From contig NW_021832831.1 in NCBI RefSeq assembly GCF_006345805.1, positions 1 to 64,000 of the forward strand: a stretch of 64,000 nucleotides of DNA, written 5' to 3'. Below, in pieces: positions 35,561-47,420 of the stretch. Numbering within the stretch: the stretch's first letter is position 1; every line of letters begins with the position of its first letter. This DNA is from Octopus sinensis. Taxonomy: Eukaryota. The notes under the pieces are model-generated. The model made no database searches. It was not told the origin of the DNA and worked only from the letters and a program-made list of their open reading frames with translations. A program made the translations under genes and the position numbers.

Positions 35561-36660
35561 AATGATTGGAGAAACGAAAGAAAGAGGCACTCAATGCATT
35601 TGTGAGCAATACATATGTTAGTATTTAATAACAGTTTGTTTGACTCCAAGCAACTTAAAGTTTGTAGGCTTGTCATATGAATCTAGCTCCTCAGACTTAG
35701 GTAATCAAATATATATTTATACATATATATATAGTTGAAAAATTTCATTATAGGTATAAATATACCAAAAACAAGTATAAAAAATGGAGAAAAATGATGT
35801 TGAATCAAAATTAGATTTAATACAATATTGGATTCAATACATATGCACATTTTGAAAGACAAAAATATATGTAAGAAAAAATTATAATCATAGTAATTAT
35901 AATTAAATTTATGCATACTTTTAAATAAAGTAAAATAAAATAAAATAAGGTACAATGAGAGAGAATACAGATGGGGTAATAGGGAAAAATCAGATATTTA
36001 CAAACAAGTTGTAAAAGGGAAAAATAATAATAGTGAGAGGGAAGAAAAAGAAAGACTTATCAATGTGTATGCAAGTCTATATGTGCAGTAAACTATAACA
36101 TAAAAATAAAAATCTAATGGATATGTTTAAAGAAATAATAACAGGTTGTGAGACAAAGTATAATATAAACAAACCCACATGTGTCTAGTAGAATATAACG
36201 CAACAGGTTCACTAGCAGAAAAAATCCATAGAGAATTATATGTATACATATTAATAATGGAAAACAAAAATATATATATATATTACAAGAGGCTTAAACC
36301 TGAGAGACAAGACTATGTTTGAAAATGATACAATATTTAAGTAAAATGGTACATACAAGCAGAGAAAAAAACAAAACAAAAAAAACTTAACTAAGAGAAA
36401 CAATGATATCAGACAGGACAGGCCAGTGTACTCAGAAGTGTTCTCTTACTCAAAACTAGCCTGAGACAATCAAAAAAGAATAAGCACAAATACAAATATA
36501 TGAAGGAGAAAATATTAATTTACAAGTTATAGAAAAACGTATACACTTACCACAAGGATATACAATCATACATAGATACACACATACATACAAGGGTGCA
36601 TGTATAAGGGAAGATACAAATAAAATAATAAAGGAGTACATATTCACATAAGACATATAT

Positions 36661-39624
36661 ATCATCATCATCATCATTTAGCGTTCGCTTTCCGTGCTAG
36701 CATGGGTTGGACAGTTCAACTGGGGTCTGGGAAGCCAGAAGGCTGCACCAGGCCCAGTCTGATCTGGCAATGTTTCTACGGTTGGATGCCCTTCCTAACG
36801 CCAACCACTCCGTGAGTGTAGTTGGTGCTTTTTACGTGCCACCAGCACAGGTGCCAGGCTGGGCTGGCAAATGGCCACAGTCGAATGGTGCTTTTTACGT
36901 GCCACCGGCACGGGGGCCAGGCGAGAGAATGCCAACGGCCATGATCCGATGGTGCTTTTTACGTGCCACCAGCACAGGGGCCAGGCCAGGCTGGCAACAG
37001 CCATGATCGGATGGTGCTTTTATGTGCCACCGGCACAGAGACCAGCCGGGGCAGTGCTGGCAACGGGCACGTTTTGATGGTTCGCTTACGTGCCCCCGGC
37101 ACTGGTATCACAGCTACAATTTCCATTGATGTTGATCGATTTCGATTTTGATTCTGATTTCCACTTGCCTCAACAGGTCTTCACAAGTAGAGATTTGTGT
37201 CCCAAGAAGGAAAGGCATGCATAAGTGGACTGGCTACATCCCAGATAGAGGCCATGGGTTATGGTCTCACTTGTCCTGCCAGATCTTCTCACGCACAGCA
37301 TACTTCCATAGGTCTCGGTCTCTAGTCTCTTCGTCGGTGAAACATAAAGTTCGGTGGTCGTGCTTCACCACCTCGTCCCAGGTTATCCTGGGTCTATCTC
37401 TTCCACAGGTTCCCTCAACCGCTAGGGTGTGGCACATTTTCACACAACTGTCTTTAGCCATTCTCGTCACATGACCATACCAGCTCAAACGTCTCTCTTG
37501 CACACCACAACTGATGCTTCTTAGGTCCAACTTTTCTCTCAAGGTACTTACACTCTGTTGAGTATGAACACTGATATTACACATCCATCGGAGCATACTG
37601 GTTTCATTTCTTGTGAGCTTGCGCATATCCTCAGCAGTCACAGCCCATGTTTCACTACCATGTAGCATGGCTGTTCGTACACATGCATCGTACAGTCTGC
37701 CTTTTACTCTGAGCGAGAAGCCCTTTGTCACCAACAGGGGTAAAAGCTCTCTGAACTTTGCCCAGGCTATTCTTACTCTAGCAGTTACATTTTTAGCACA
37801 CCCACCCCCGCTACTGACTTGGTCACCTAGGTAATGGAAGCTATCAACTATTTCTAGTTTTTCTCCCTGGAATGTGGTGGAAGTTGGTCTCTGCACATTT
37901 TCAGTGTTTATTGCACTTGAGTATCTGCCACATACAAAAACTATTTTCCTAGTTAGCCTTCCTTTGACATTGCTGCACCTCTTATGTGTCCATAGCTTAC
38001 ACTTGGTACATCTTATAGAGTTTCTACCTACGCCTTTTCTACAGATCGAGGAGGGCCATCTGCCTGAAGGCGTTTGTGATTTGTCTACCTTCCTACTTAT
38101 TAGGACTTTGGTTTAGCTAGGTTGACTCTAAGGCCCTTTGATTCTAATCCTTGCTTCCACACCTGAAACTTCTCCTCCAGTTCTGATAGTGACTCAGTAA
38201 TTAGAGCAAGGTCACCAGCATAGAGGAGCTCCCAGGGGCATCCTGTCTTGAATTTCTCCATTATTGCCTGGAGGACTATGATAAATAGGAGGGGGCTGAG
38301 GACTGAGCCTTGGTGGACCCCAACCTCTACCCGGAATTCTTCACTGTACTCGTTGCCAACCCTCACCTTACTAGCAGCGTCCCTGTACATGGCTCGCACA
38401 GCTCTCACTAACAATTCATCTATCCCTAGTTTCCTCATTGACCACCAGATAAGTGATCGGAGTACCATGTTGAAGGCTTTCTCCATGTCAACAAAAGCCA
38501 GGTACAGGGGCTTATCTTTGGCTAGGTATTTCTCCTGCAGCTGTCTTACCAGGAATATAGCATCAGCAGTACTTTTCCCTGGCACGAGCCCAGACTGCAT
38601 CTCATCTAAACTAACTCTCTCTCTAATTAGTTGGGCTATGACCCTCTCCGTAACCTTCATTACCTGATCCAATAGCTTGATACCCCTGTTGTTATTTGTA
38701 TATAGGGCGTCACCTTTAACTTTTTAGCAGTTGACTATTATGCTGCTACACCAGTCATTGGGAATGACTCCTTCGTGTATCACCTGGTTAACTATATGGG
38801 TGACTGGGCTATAGCCGACACTGCTAGATATTTTAATCATCTCTGCAGTAATTCCTGATGGGCCTGGGGCTTTCCCTGTCTTCATGCTTCTAATTGCCTT
38901 AACTACCAAGGAACTGTCAACTCGGATAGCTTGTCTCTCTGTTGGATCGACATTCGACAGACTCTCTTTATCCCATTCATTTTCTTTATTCAGCAACCTT
39001 TCATAGTGGTGTCTCCAAACCTCTCTCTTTGCATCCTCATTTAGCGCAAGTGAACCATCATCCATGCGAACACATTTCTGTCCTACCACATCACGATTTT
39101 CTCTCACACTCTGTCTTGCAACACGAAATACCTCAAGTCTTTCTTCCTCATGGCTCAGAACATTGTTAAATTTTTTCTTATCTGCTTCCACTCTGGCTAA
39201 ATACACCTGCCTCCTAGCTTCCCTTCTTGCAGTCTGATACAATTCCCTGCTACCACCATTCTTCCAGTGCTTCCAAGCCTGTTTCTTTTGTCTAAGAGCC
39301 CTGTCAACTATATTGTTCCACCACCACGTTATTTTGGGTCTTGAGGGTACTTTGCACCAACCACAGATCTGGTCAGTGGCTCTCAGCAGGTTGTCCCTTA
39401 GAGACCTCCAGTTGTCTTCTGCCCCATGTGAAGCTATATCCCCTTCTATTTCGTCAAAGTCTTCAAGTAATATGTCTCTAAATCTCTGTCCATTTGTAGG
39501 ATCTTTAAGCTTCCAGATCCTTCTTCTCCATGTTGGTCGTCTTCTGGTCGTCCTCTTAGTCCTGATCTTAAAGTCACTAACTACCAGTCTATGTTGTGGG
39601 GTACATTCTTCGCCTGGGAAGGTT
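36661..39624 (-). mobile_element. 5'-truncated RTE-clade LINE with PHD finger and (GAT)n tail
   Basis: ORFs 38724-39644, 38100-38672 (QGSVLSP, LYAGD) and 37267-37896 (FHYLG). 3' UTR repeats, and an (atc)n tail at 36661-36676. Confidence 0.97.
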
Positions 39625-39631
39625 AAATATA

Positions 39632-39870
39632 TATATATAAACAATTGCAGTGTGGAAGGTGTTTATAAGCACAAAGTTTTGTCAGTGAAGAGGTTGTGGT
39701 TTCAAAGCGACGAAAATATTTTGACAAATTAAATTTAAATGTTGAAGTGAATCTAACGGTTTTTGTGTGTTTCTTAAATGGTTTATAAATACCTTCCACA
39801 CTGCAATTGTTTTCGCTCCAGCACATGAACTCAGATCAAGTCACTCACTATGCAAGTATATCACCGTAAT
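39632..39870 (+). mobile_element. Penelope-like terminal repeat with a 30-bp internal inverted repeat
   Basis: Homologous to 1-200 and set between (TA)n tracts. 39639-39668 and 39783-39812 are inverted copies with one mismatch. Confidence 0.55.
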
Positions 39871-41049
39871 ATATATATATAAATTAGAGAAAAACCACTA
39901 TTATGTAATTCAAACAATGATAGATGTAAATCATACCATATAGAAAAAATAAAATATGTGATAAAACATTTACCAAGATCACAATAAAGTACATAATAAT
40001 AAATAAACAAACAGTATATAAATAGTAAATAGACTACATATATTTTGTGGCCATATCTTCAATTTAAATTACAATTAAATTTAAATTTAATCGGAGCATT
40101 AAGTGTGGTTGCTTTGTGAAATAATTTGTAATGTAAAATATTATAGTATATGTAATGAAAAGTTTTAATTTCTTTTGTACTATTGAATTGAATAATAATA
40201 ATAAGTACTTTCGTTATTCCCTTAATATTCGAAATATTAGATCTGGGCTATGTTATATGTTTTAATTTAAAATTTTTTAGTTCATAAAATATCTTTGAAA
40301 AAATAAGTATACATTTTATTTAAAAAATAATGGTGAAATTCATATGATTATTGATTAAAAAAATATGTATTTCTAATTTTTTTTATTTTAATTATAATTT
40401 AAGATACATACATTTATTTAATTATTATTATTATAATAATTATTATATGTGAACTAAAATCTAAAATATTATTCATGGTTGTTTTGTGAAATAGTTTGTA
40501 ACGTAAAATATTACAGTATAGGTAGTGAAAAGTTTTTTCTTTTTTTCTTTATATACTATTGAATTTAATAATAATAATAAGTACTTTGTTTATTGTATCA
40601 ATGAGCGAAATATTACTTCTAGACATAAATTAATTTACTTATATAATAAGTTTAAATTATTTGTGAGTATATTTTTGAAATATATACAAAATACTATTGC
40701 AGGGTTGTGGCTGCAGCATTGTTGATATAAGATATATTGTAAGTCTACACATGTTTGTGTAGGGTTTAGTACATAGTTAGAATCGTATCAAATTAGATGT
40801 TTATTTAATTAGTAAATAAATATATAATTTAATTAATTAATGAATATAGATTAAATTATAGTAATTTAGCTTAACTTAAGTATATGATGTATTTTAAGTA
40901 TTTTTATTTTAATTAATTGGACTCATATATTTTTCCAGTAAAGATATACTATATCTTGTTTAGATTATTCTCAAAGTTAAAATATATATCTTCACAGATA
41001 AATTACATATTTCTATCTATTTACCCTATTTTTTCATGTTAGGTTTTTA

Positions 41050-44000
41050 ATACTGCAGACTACCTTTCTATGACACTCTACTGCAGACTACCTCGTTGAC
41101 GAACGACAGAGACCTTATCTTTGTGGCTGGTGACTTCAATGGTCATGTTGGACGACATGCTAGGGGCTTCCATGGCGTACATGGAGGCTATGGCTATGGC
41201 TCCCGCAACGAGGGGGGAACCAGGCTGCTGCAGTTCTGCGATGCAAATAATCTTATGATTTGCAACACTAACTTCAGGAAACCTACCAGCCACCTAGTCA
41301 CTTACCGATCGGGCCAACATACCAGCCAAATTGACTACATCCTTGCAAGGCAAAGGGAGAGATGGCTGCTTATAAATGCCAAAACCTTCCCAGGTGAAGA
41401 ATGTACCCCACAACATAGACTGGTAGTTAGTGACTTTAGGATCAGGACTAGGAGGACAACCAGAAGACGACCATATGGAGAAGAAGGATCTGGAAGCTTA
41501 AAGATCCTGCAAATGGACAGAGATTTAGGGACATATTACTTGAAAACTTTGACGAAGTAGAAGGGGATAGAGCATCACAGGGGGTAGAAGACAGCTGGAC
41601 GTTTCTAAGGGACAACCTGCTGAGAGCCACTGACCAGATCTGTGGCTGGTGCAAAGTCCCCTCTGACCTAGAATAACGTGGTGGTGGAACAATATTGTAG
41701 ACAGGCTATTAGAGAAAAGAGACAGGCTTGGAAGGTCTGGAAAAATGGGGGTAGCAGGGAATTGTATCAGACTGCCAAAAGAGAAGCTAGGAGACAGGTT
41801 TATTTAGCCAGAGGAGAAGCAGATAAGAAATAATTTACCAATGTTCTGCACCGTGAGGACCAAAGAGTGGAGGTGTTTCGTGTTGCAAGACAGTGTGTGA
41901 GAGAGAATCGTGATGTGGTAGGAGAGAAGTGTGTTCGCATGGAAGATGGTTCACTTGCGCTAAATGAGGATGCAAAGAGAGAGGTTTGGAGATGCCACTA
42001 TGAAAGGTTGCTGAATAAAGAAAATGAATGGATAAAGAGAGTCTGCCGAATGTTGACCCACAGAGGGACCAGCTATCCGAGTTGATAGTTCCGTGGTAGC
42101 TAAGGCAATTAGAAGCATGAAGACAGGGAAAGCCCCAGGCCCATCAGGAATCACTGCAGAGATGCTCAAAATGTCTGGTAGTGTCGGCTATAGCCTAGTC
42201 ACCCGTATAGTTAATCAGGTGATACACAAAGGAGTCATACCCAATGACTGGTGTAGCAGCATAATAGTCAACTGCTACAAAGGTAAAGGTGACGCCCTAG
42301 ATACAAATAACTACAGAGGTATCAAGCTGTTGGATCAGGTGATGAAGGTTACGGAGAAGGTCATAGCCCAACTAATTAGAGAGAGAGTTAGTTTAGATGA
42401 GATGCAGTTTGGGTTTGTGCCAGGGAAAAGTACTACTGATGCTATATTCCTGGTAAGGCAGCTGCAGGAGAAATACCTAGCCAAAGATAAGCCCCTGTAC
42501 CTGGCTTTTGTTGACATGGAAAAAGCCTTCAACAGGGTCCCCCGATCCCTTATCTGGTGGTCAATGAGGAAACTAGGGATAGATGAATGGTTAGTGAGAG
42601 CTGTGCGGGCCATGTATAGGGACGCTGCTAGTAGGGTGAGGGTTGGAAACGAGTACAGTGAAGAATTCCGGGTAGAGGTAGGGGTCCACCAAGGCTCAGT
42701 ACTCAGCCCCCTCCTATTTATCATAGTCCTCCAGGCAATAACGGAGGAATTCAAGACAGGATGCCTTTGGGAGCTCCTCTATGCTGATGACCTTGCTCTA
42801 ATTACTGAGTCGCTATCAGAACTGGAGAAGTTTCAGGTGTGGAAACAAGGATTAGAATCGAAGGGCCTCAGAGTCAATCTAGCTAAAACCAAAGTCGTAA
42901 TCAGTTGGAAGGTAGACAAATCACAAACGCCTTCAGGTAGATGGCCCTGCTCGATCTGTAGAAAAGGTGTAGGTAGAAACTCTATAAGATGCACCAAGTG
43001 TAAGCTATGGACACATAAGAGGTGCAGCAATGTCAAAGGAAGGCTAACTAGGAAGATGGTTTTTGTATGTGGCAGATGCTCAGGAACAATAAACACTGAA
43101 AATGCTCTGAGACCAACTTCCGTCACTTTCCAGGGAGAAAACTAGAAATAGTTGATAGCTTCCGTTACCTAGGTGACCAAGTCAGCAGCGGGGGCGGGTG
43201 TGCTGAAAGTGTAACTGCTAGAGTAAGAATAGCTTGGGCAAAGTTCAGAGAGCTCTTACCTCTGCTGGTGACAAAAGGCCTCTCGCACAGAGTGAAAGGC
43301 AGACTGTATGATGCGTGTGTACGAACAGCCATGCTACATGGAAGTGAAACATGGGCTATGACTGCTGAGGATATGCGTAAGCTTGCAAGAAATGAGCCAG
43401 TATGCTCCGATGGATGTGTAATGTCAGTACTCATACTCGGCAGAGTGTAAGTTCCTTGAGAGAAAAGCTGGACCTAAGAAGCATCAGTTGTGGTGTGCAA
43501 GAGAGACGTTTGTGCTGGTATGGTCATGTGGCGAGAATGGATGAAGATAGTTGTGTGAAAAAGTGCCACACCCTAGCTGTTGAGGGAACCTGCGGAAGAG
43601 GCAGACCCAGGAAAACCTGTGACAAGGTGGTGAAACACGACCTTCGAACTTTAGGTCTCACTGAGGAAATGACTAGAGACCGAGACCTCTGGAAGTGTGC
43701 TGTGCATGAGAAGACCCGGCAGGACAAGTGAGTCCATAACCTGTGGCCTTCTACATGGGATGGAGCCAGCCTACGTATGCATACCTTCCCTTCTTGGGAC
43801 ACAAAACTCTACTTGTGAAGACCTGTTGAGGCAAGTAAGGATCAGAATCGAAATCGATCAATGGAAATTGCAGATGTGTTACCAGTGCCGGTGGCATGTC
43901 GAAACTCTACTTGTGAAGACCCGTTGAGGCAAGTGAGGATCAGAATCAAAATCGATCAATGGAAATTGCAGATGTGTTACCAGTGCCGGTGGCATGTAAG

Positions 44001-44359
44001 AGAACCTTCCATTTCGCGACCGTTGCCAGCACCGCCCCGACTGGCCTCGTGCCGATGGCACGTAAAAAGCACCATCCGTTCGTGTCCGTTGCCAGCCTCG
44101 CCTGGCCCTCGTGCCGGTGGCACATAAAAAGCACCATCCGTTCGTGGCCGTTTGCCAGCTCTGTCTGTGCGAGTGGCACGTAAAAAGCACCCACTACACT
44201 CACGGAGTGGTTGTCGTTAGGAAGGGCATCCAGCCGTAGAAACACTGCCAGATTTGACTGGGCCTGATGAAGCCTTCTGGCTTCACAGACCCCAGTAGAA
44301 CCGTCCAACCCATGCTAGCATGGAAAACGGACGCTAAACGATGATGATGATGATGATGA
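41050..44359 (+). mobile_element. RTE-clade LINE (partial APE endonuclease, RT, PHD, 3' UTR, (GAT)n tail)
   Basis: AGDFNGH, SQIDYIL and QHRLV (APE). KAPGPSG, VDMEKAF, QGSVLSP and LYADD (RT) in ORF 42093-43145. FRYLG follows a frameshift. Tail at 44338-44359. Confidence 0.97.
42948..43079 (+). other. PHD-type zinc finger (C4HC3) coding segment inside the LINE ORF2
   Basis: CSIC-x10-CTKC-x4-H-x2-C-x14-CGRC, located between the RT KTK and F.YLG motifs. Confidence 0.85.
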
Positions 44360-44814
44360 ATTGTATTATAAACACTTGGTCATACATTTTAAGTTTAAAA
44401 TTTAGTTAATGGAATTTCTTTTATAAGAAGAATCATGTTTTATTTCTTTAAGAAATATTGTTTAATTCTGTTTGATTATTTATTAAAAATATGTATTTAT
44501 TGTTATTATTGTTGACTTGAGGAGTGACTATACTTTTAAATTGAATTGTTTTTGGATTGATTAAATCTAAATTTAAATTTAATTGTAATTCAAATTGAAG
44601 ATATAGCCACGAAACATACGTAGTCTTTTTACTAATTATATATTGTTTGATTATTTATTATTATATAATTTATTATGATCTAGGTAAGTGTTTTATCATA
44701 TATTTTATTTTTTCTATATAGTATGATTTACATCTATCATTGTTTGAATTATATAATAATTGTTTTTCTCTAATTTATATATATATATATATTTATATAT
44801 TTATATTGTGAAAT

Positions 44815-46560
44815 TTGATTTTAAATGTCTTGCAAACTACTTGCACATGCAAGTGCTACCAGTCAAAAGCTCCGTATACCGGAAGCCAGCAAGTGTATGG
44901 GGTCATCAGGAGAGAATGTGCGCCGTTTCGGGGCCTACCTCTCAACGGCATCAATGCACACCAACCAAATCCAGTGGCTAGCCTTCTCCATTGTAGATTG
45001 GATATCAGTCATGATGGTATGGACTTTACGATGAGTTAGGCCTAGCGATAACAACAGTCGTCTCACGCTGTGTCCAACAAACCCTCTACATCCGACTTCG
45101 ATAGGAAAATGTTCCGCTTTCCAGCCTGCGTCTTCACATTCCTCGAGGAGGTTTAAATAACGGTTCAATTTTCGAGCCCAAGCGGCATCCATATTATCTT
45201 CATGAGGAACCGTTAGCTCGACTATATTTACAACTTTCTTTCTTTCACCCCACATCAAAATATCTGGTTTTTTCATAACTGGGATGGGTAAGAAAACCTG
45301 GCACCCAGGTAAATCTGCAGTTACCTCCCAATAGCCGTTCCACTTTTCATTTCTCTCAGGAAGTTTCTTCATCTTCTTCTTGAAACGGATCCCCTGACCT
45401 GGTCGCACGAAGGTAATGAAATCTCTTGATGGTACTTTCAACGGTTTTTCCTCAGTGTTGTTGAGATGAATTTGGTTCTTTATGGCATTGAAGATAACCT
45501 TAAGGACCAAGTTGTGCCTCCATGTATACCTGTTCAATGCTAATGAACAGTTGGAAAGAATATGTTTTAGTGTACCGACCTTTCTACATTTGCAGATGTC
45601 ATTCTCTGAGACGTTCCATCTTACTAGATTCGTAGGTGATGGCAAAACATCATAAGATGAACGAATCAGGAAACTCAGCCAAGATGTCGTCCACTTCCAC
45701 TTCTCATCCCAACTTATCTTCCTCTCAACAACATGTTCTTCCCATCTCGTCATCTGACCTTGATGAACACTCTCTTCTCTCTGCTTCTCTTGTTTTGACG
45801 CTGTTGCTAACAACAGATCTGCATTCACTCTGCATCATGCTTGCAAACGGTCTGAACTGATCCACGCCAAAACCAATTTCTTTCCGATGGTTCTGCGTTG
45901 CTCCCACCGTATCTATGTGTATAAGAGAAGACAAGATGTCATCAGTTTCTGCTTCTGCTTTCCACTTCCTGGCTGTTTTCACCTCTGGTGGGTTACGCCT
46001 GATTTCCATATCCTTCGATTCTCTCAGCATCATGACCGTCCGTATCTTCCCCAGCTTATATATTTCGACTATTGATGCTATTGGTAGCTGCAACAAACCT
46101 CTTTTACGATAAAGAGCTGAGCTGTTCAATATACGAGGTAGGCCTAGCCACTTTCTAATGAACACATTACATTTTTGTTCAATGCTTTCAACTCGTGTCA
46201 ATGCTACCTCGTATATTAAAAGTGGCCACGCAAGTCGCGGGTAAAGCCAAACTGCAAGCACCAAATTTTATATTTACCTGGTAACTTCAAATTATCAATC
46301 GCTGATAACCTAGCCTCGGCCTGTTTCATAATTTCAATCCCACGACTTCTGTCTGACAATGTTCCAGCATATACTCATCCCAAGCTCTTGACGGGCTCTT
46401 CCTTGACTGTTGGAATGCTTTCTTCGGATATTCGAAATGTAAATTCTTTCTGCTCTCCCTTAACAAATGTCAGACTACGCGACTTTTTTGCTCTAAATTG
46501 CATCCTTGACCACCTTACAAGTTCGTCTAATCTCAATTTTTCCCTGCAAGTTTAGAGTTA
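44815..46560 (-). mobile_element. 5'-truncated non-LTR retrotransposon with a restriction-like endonuclease (HERO/NeSL type)
   Basis: RT end (PVKSLG..YPRLAWPLLIYEV), SFLIRSSYDVLPSPTNL, CCHC knuckle CKC..GTLKHILSNC, RHN, PD..ELTVP (RLE), and FPIEVGCRG in ORFs 45725-46264 and 44935-45828. Confidence 0.9.
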
Positions 46561-46567
46561 TACACCC

Positions 46568-46601
<34 letters not shown>

Positions 46602-47420
46602 GTTATTATTATTATTATTATTATCATTATTATTATTATATATATATATATAATCAAAATAGCAACAAAGATATCCAGAGATAATGCAGTATGATCATTT
46701 CATGCAACTCCATTTAATTGAACAATGCAATCATTATGTCAATTTAATATGTAGAGCAATCTTTAGCTACACAAAGACTGGTTTTAATTAAATTAGAACA
46801 GATGGACACATTAGTATAATTTTACCTAAAATCTCCAAGAAGTTAAGGAGATAGACAAAGAACATCTTGTACCTACAACAGCATAGTCGTAACTAAATTT
46901 ATTTTCAAGAAGACACTGCCTGTCATTGATTTTTTGTTTTGTTGTTTTTTCATGGGGTCAGTTTTACTTTATAGACTAGTTTATCATATCCCTTGTATAT
47001 TTAAGGCTGAGAGAAACAGAGGGTAGTATCTGTTTGGGGTAGGGTTGATGAAGTAAACAGACATTCTAGATGGTATAGACATAAAAATCAAGATTTATTA
47101 GAAGCAGTGTCATGAGGTTTTGTAAGAAAAAACTTGAAACAAGATGTTAGCTGATAATTAAGGAGTCACCCACTAGCAGACCATTGATAATGAAACAGGG
47201 GAAGTCTTATCATGTAGTACTATAGTTGAATACTATAAAACAATGTTGCTATATTGTATACAGATGAAGTTATTCAAAAGATTATTAAGAAGAATATTGT
47301 AACAAAAGATAGAAATTTATGAATACTTTTGAGTATATATCAAACTTTTACCACAATAGAGGGAGGAAAAGAAATTATATTAGAAAAGTTTAATATTTAT
47401 ACATATTGCATACTTAATAT

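Noticed and set aside
43880-44200. CRISPR-like array (repeats of about 24 bp at roughly 56-100 bp spacing)
   Set aside because: The spacers are homologous to each other, the array lies in a LINE 3' UTR, the context is eukaryotic, and no cas genes are present.
44264-44290. CTGATGA followed by an AGCC/GGCT hairpin (possible hammerhead)
   Set aside because: No GAAA follows the stem. The homologous position in the other copy (near 36745-36755, minus) reads CTGGTGC, so this CTGATGA is a chance mutation.
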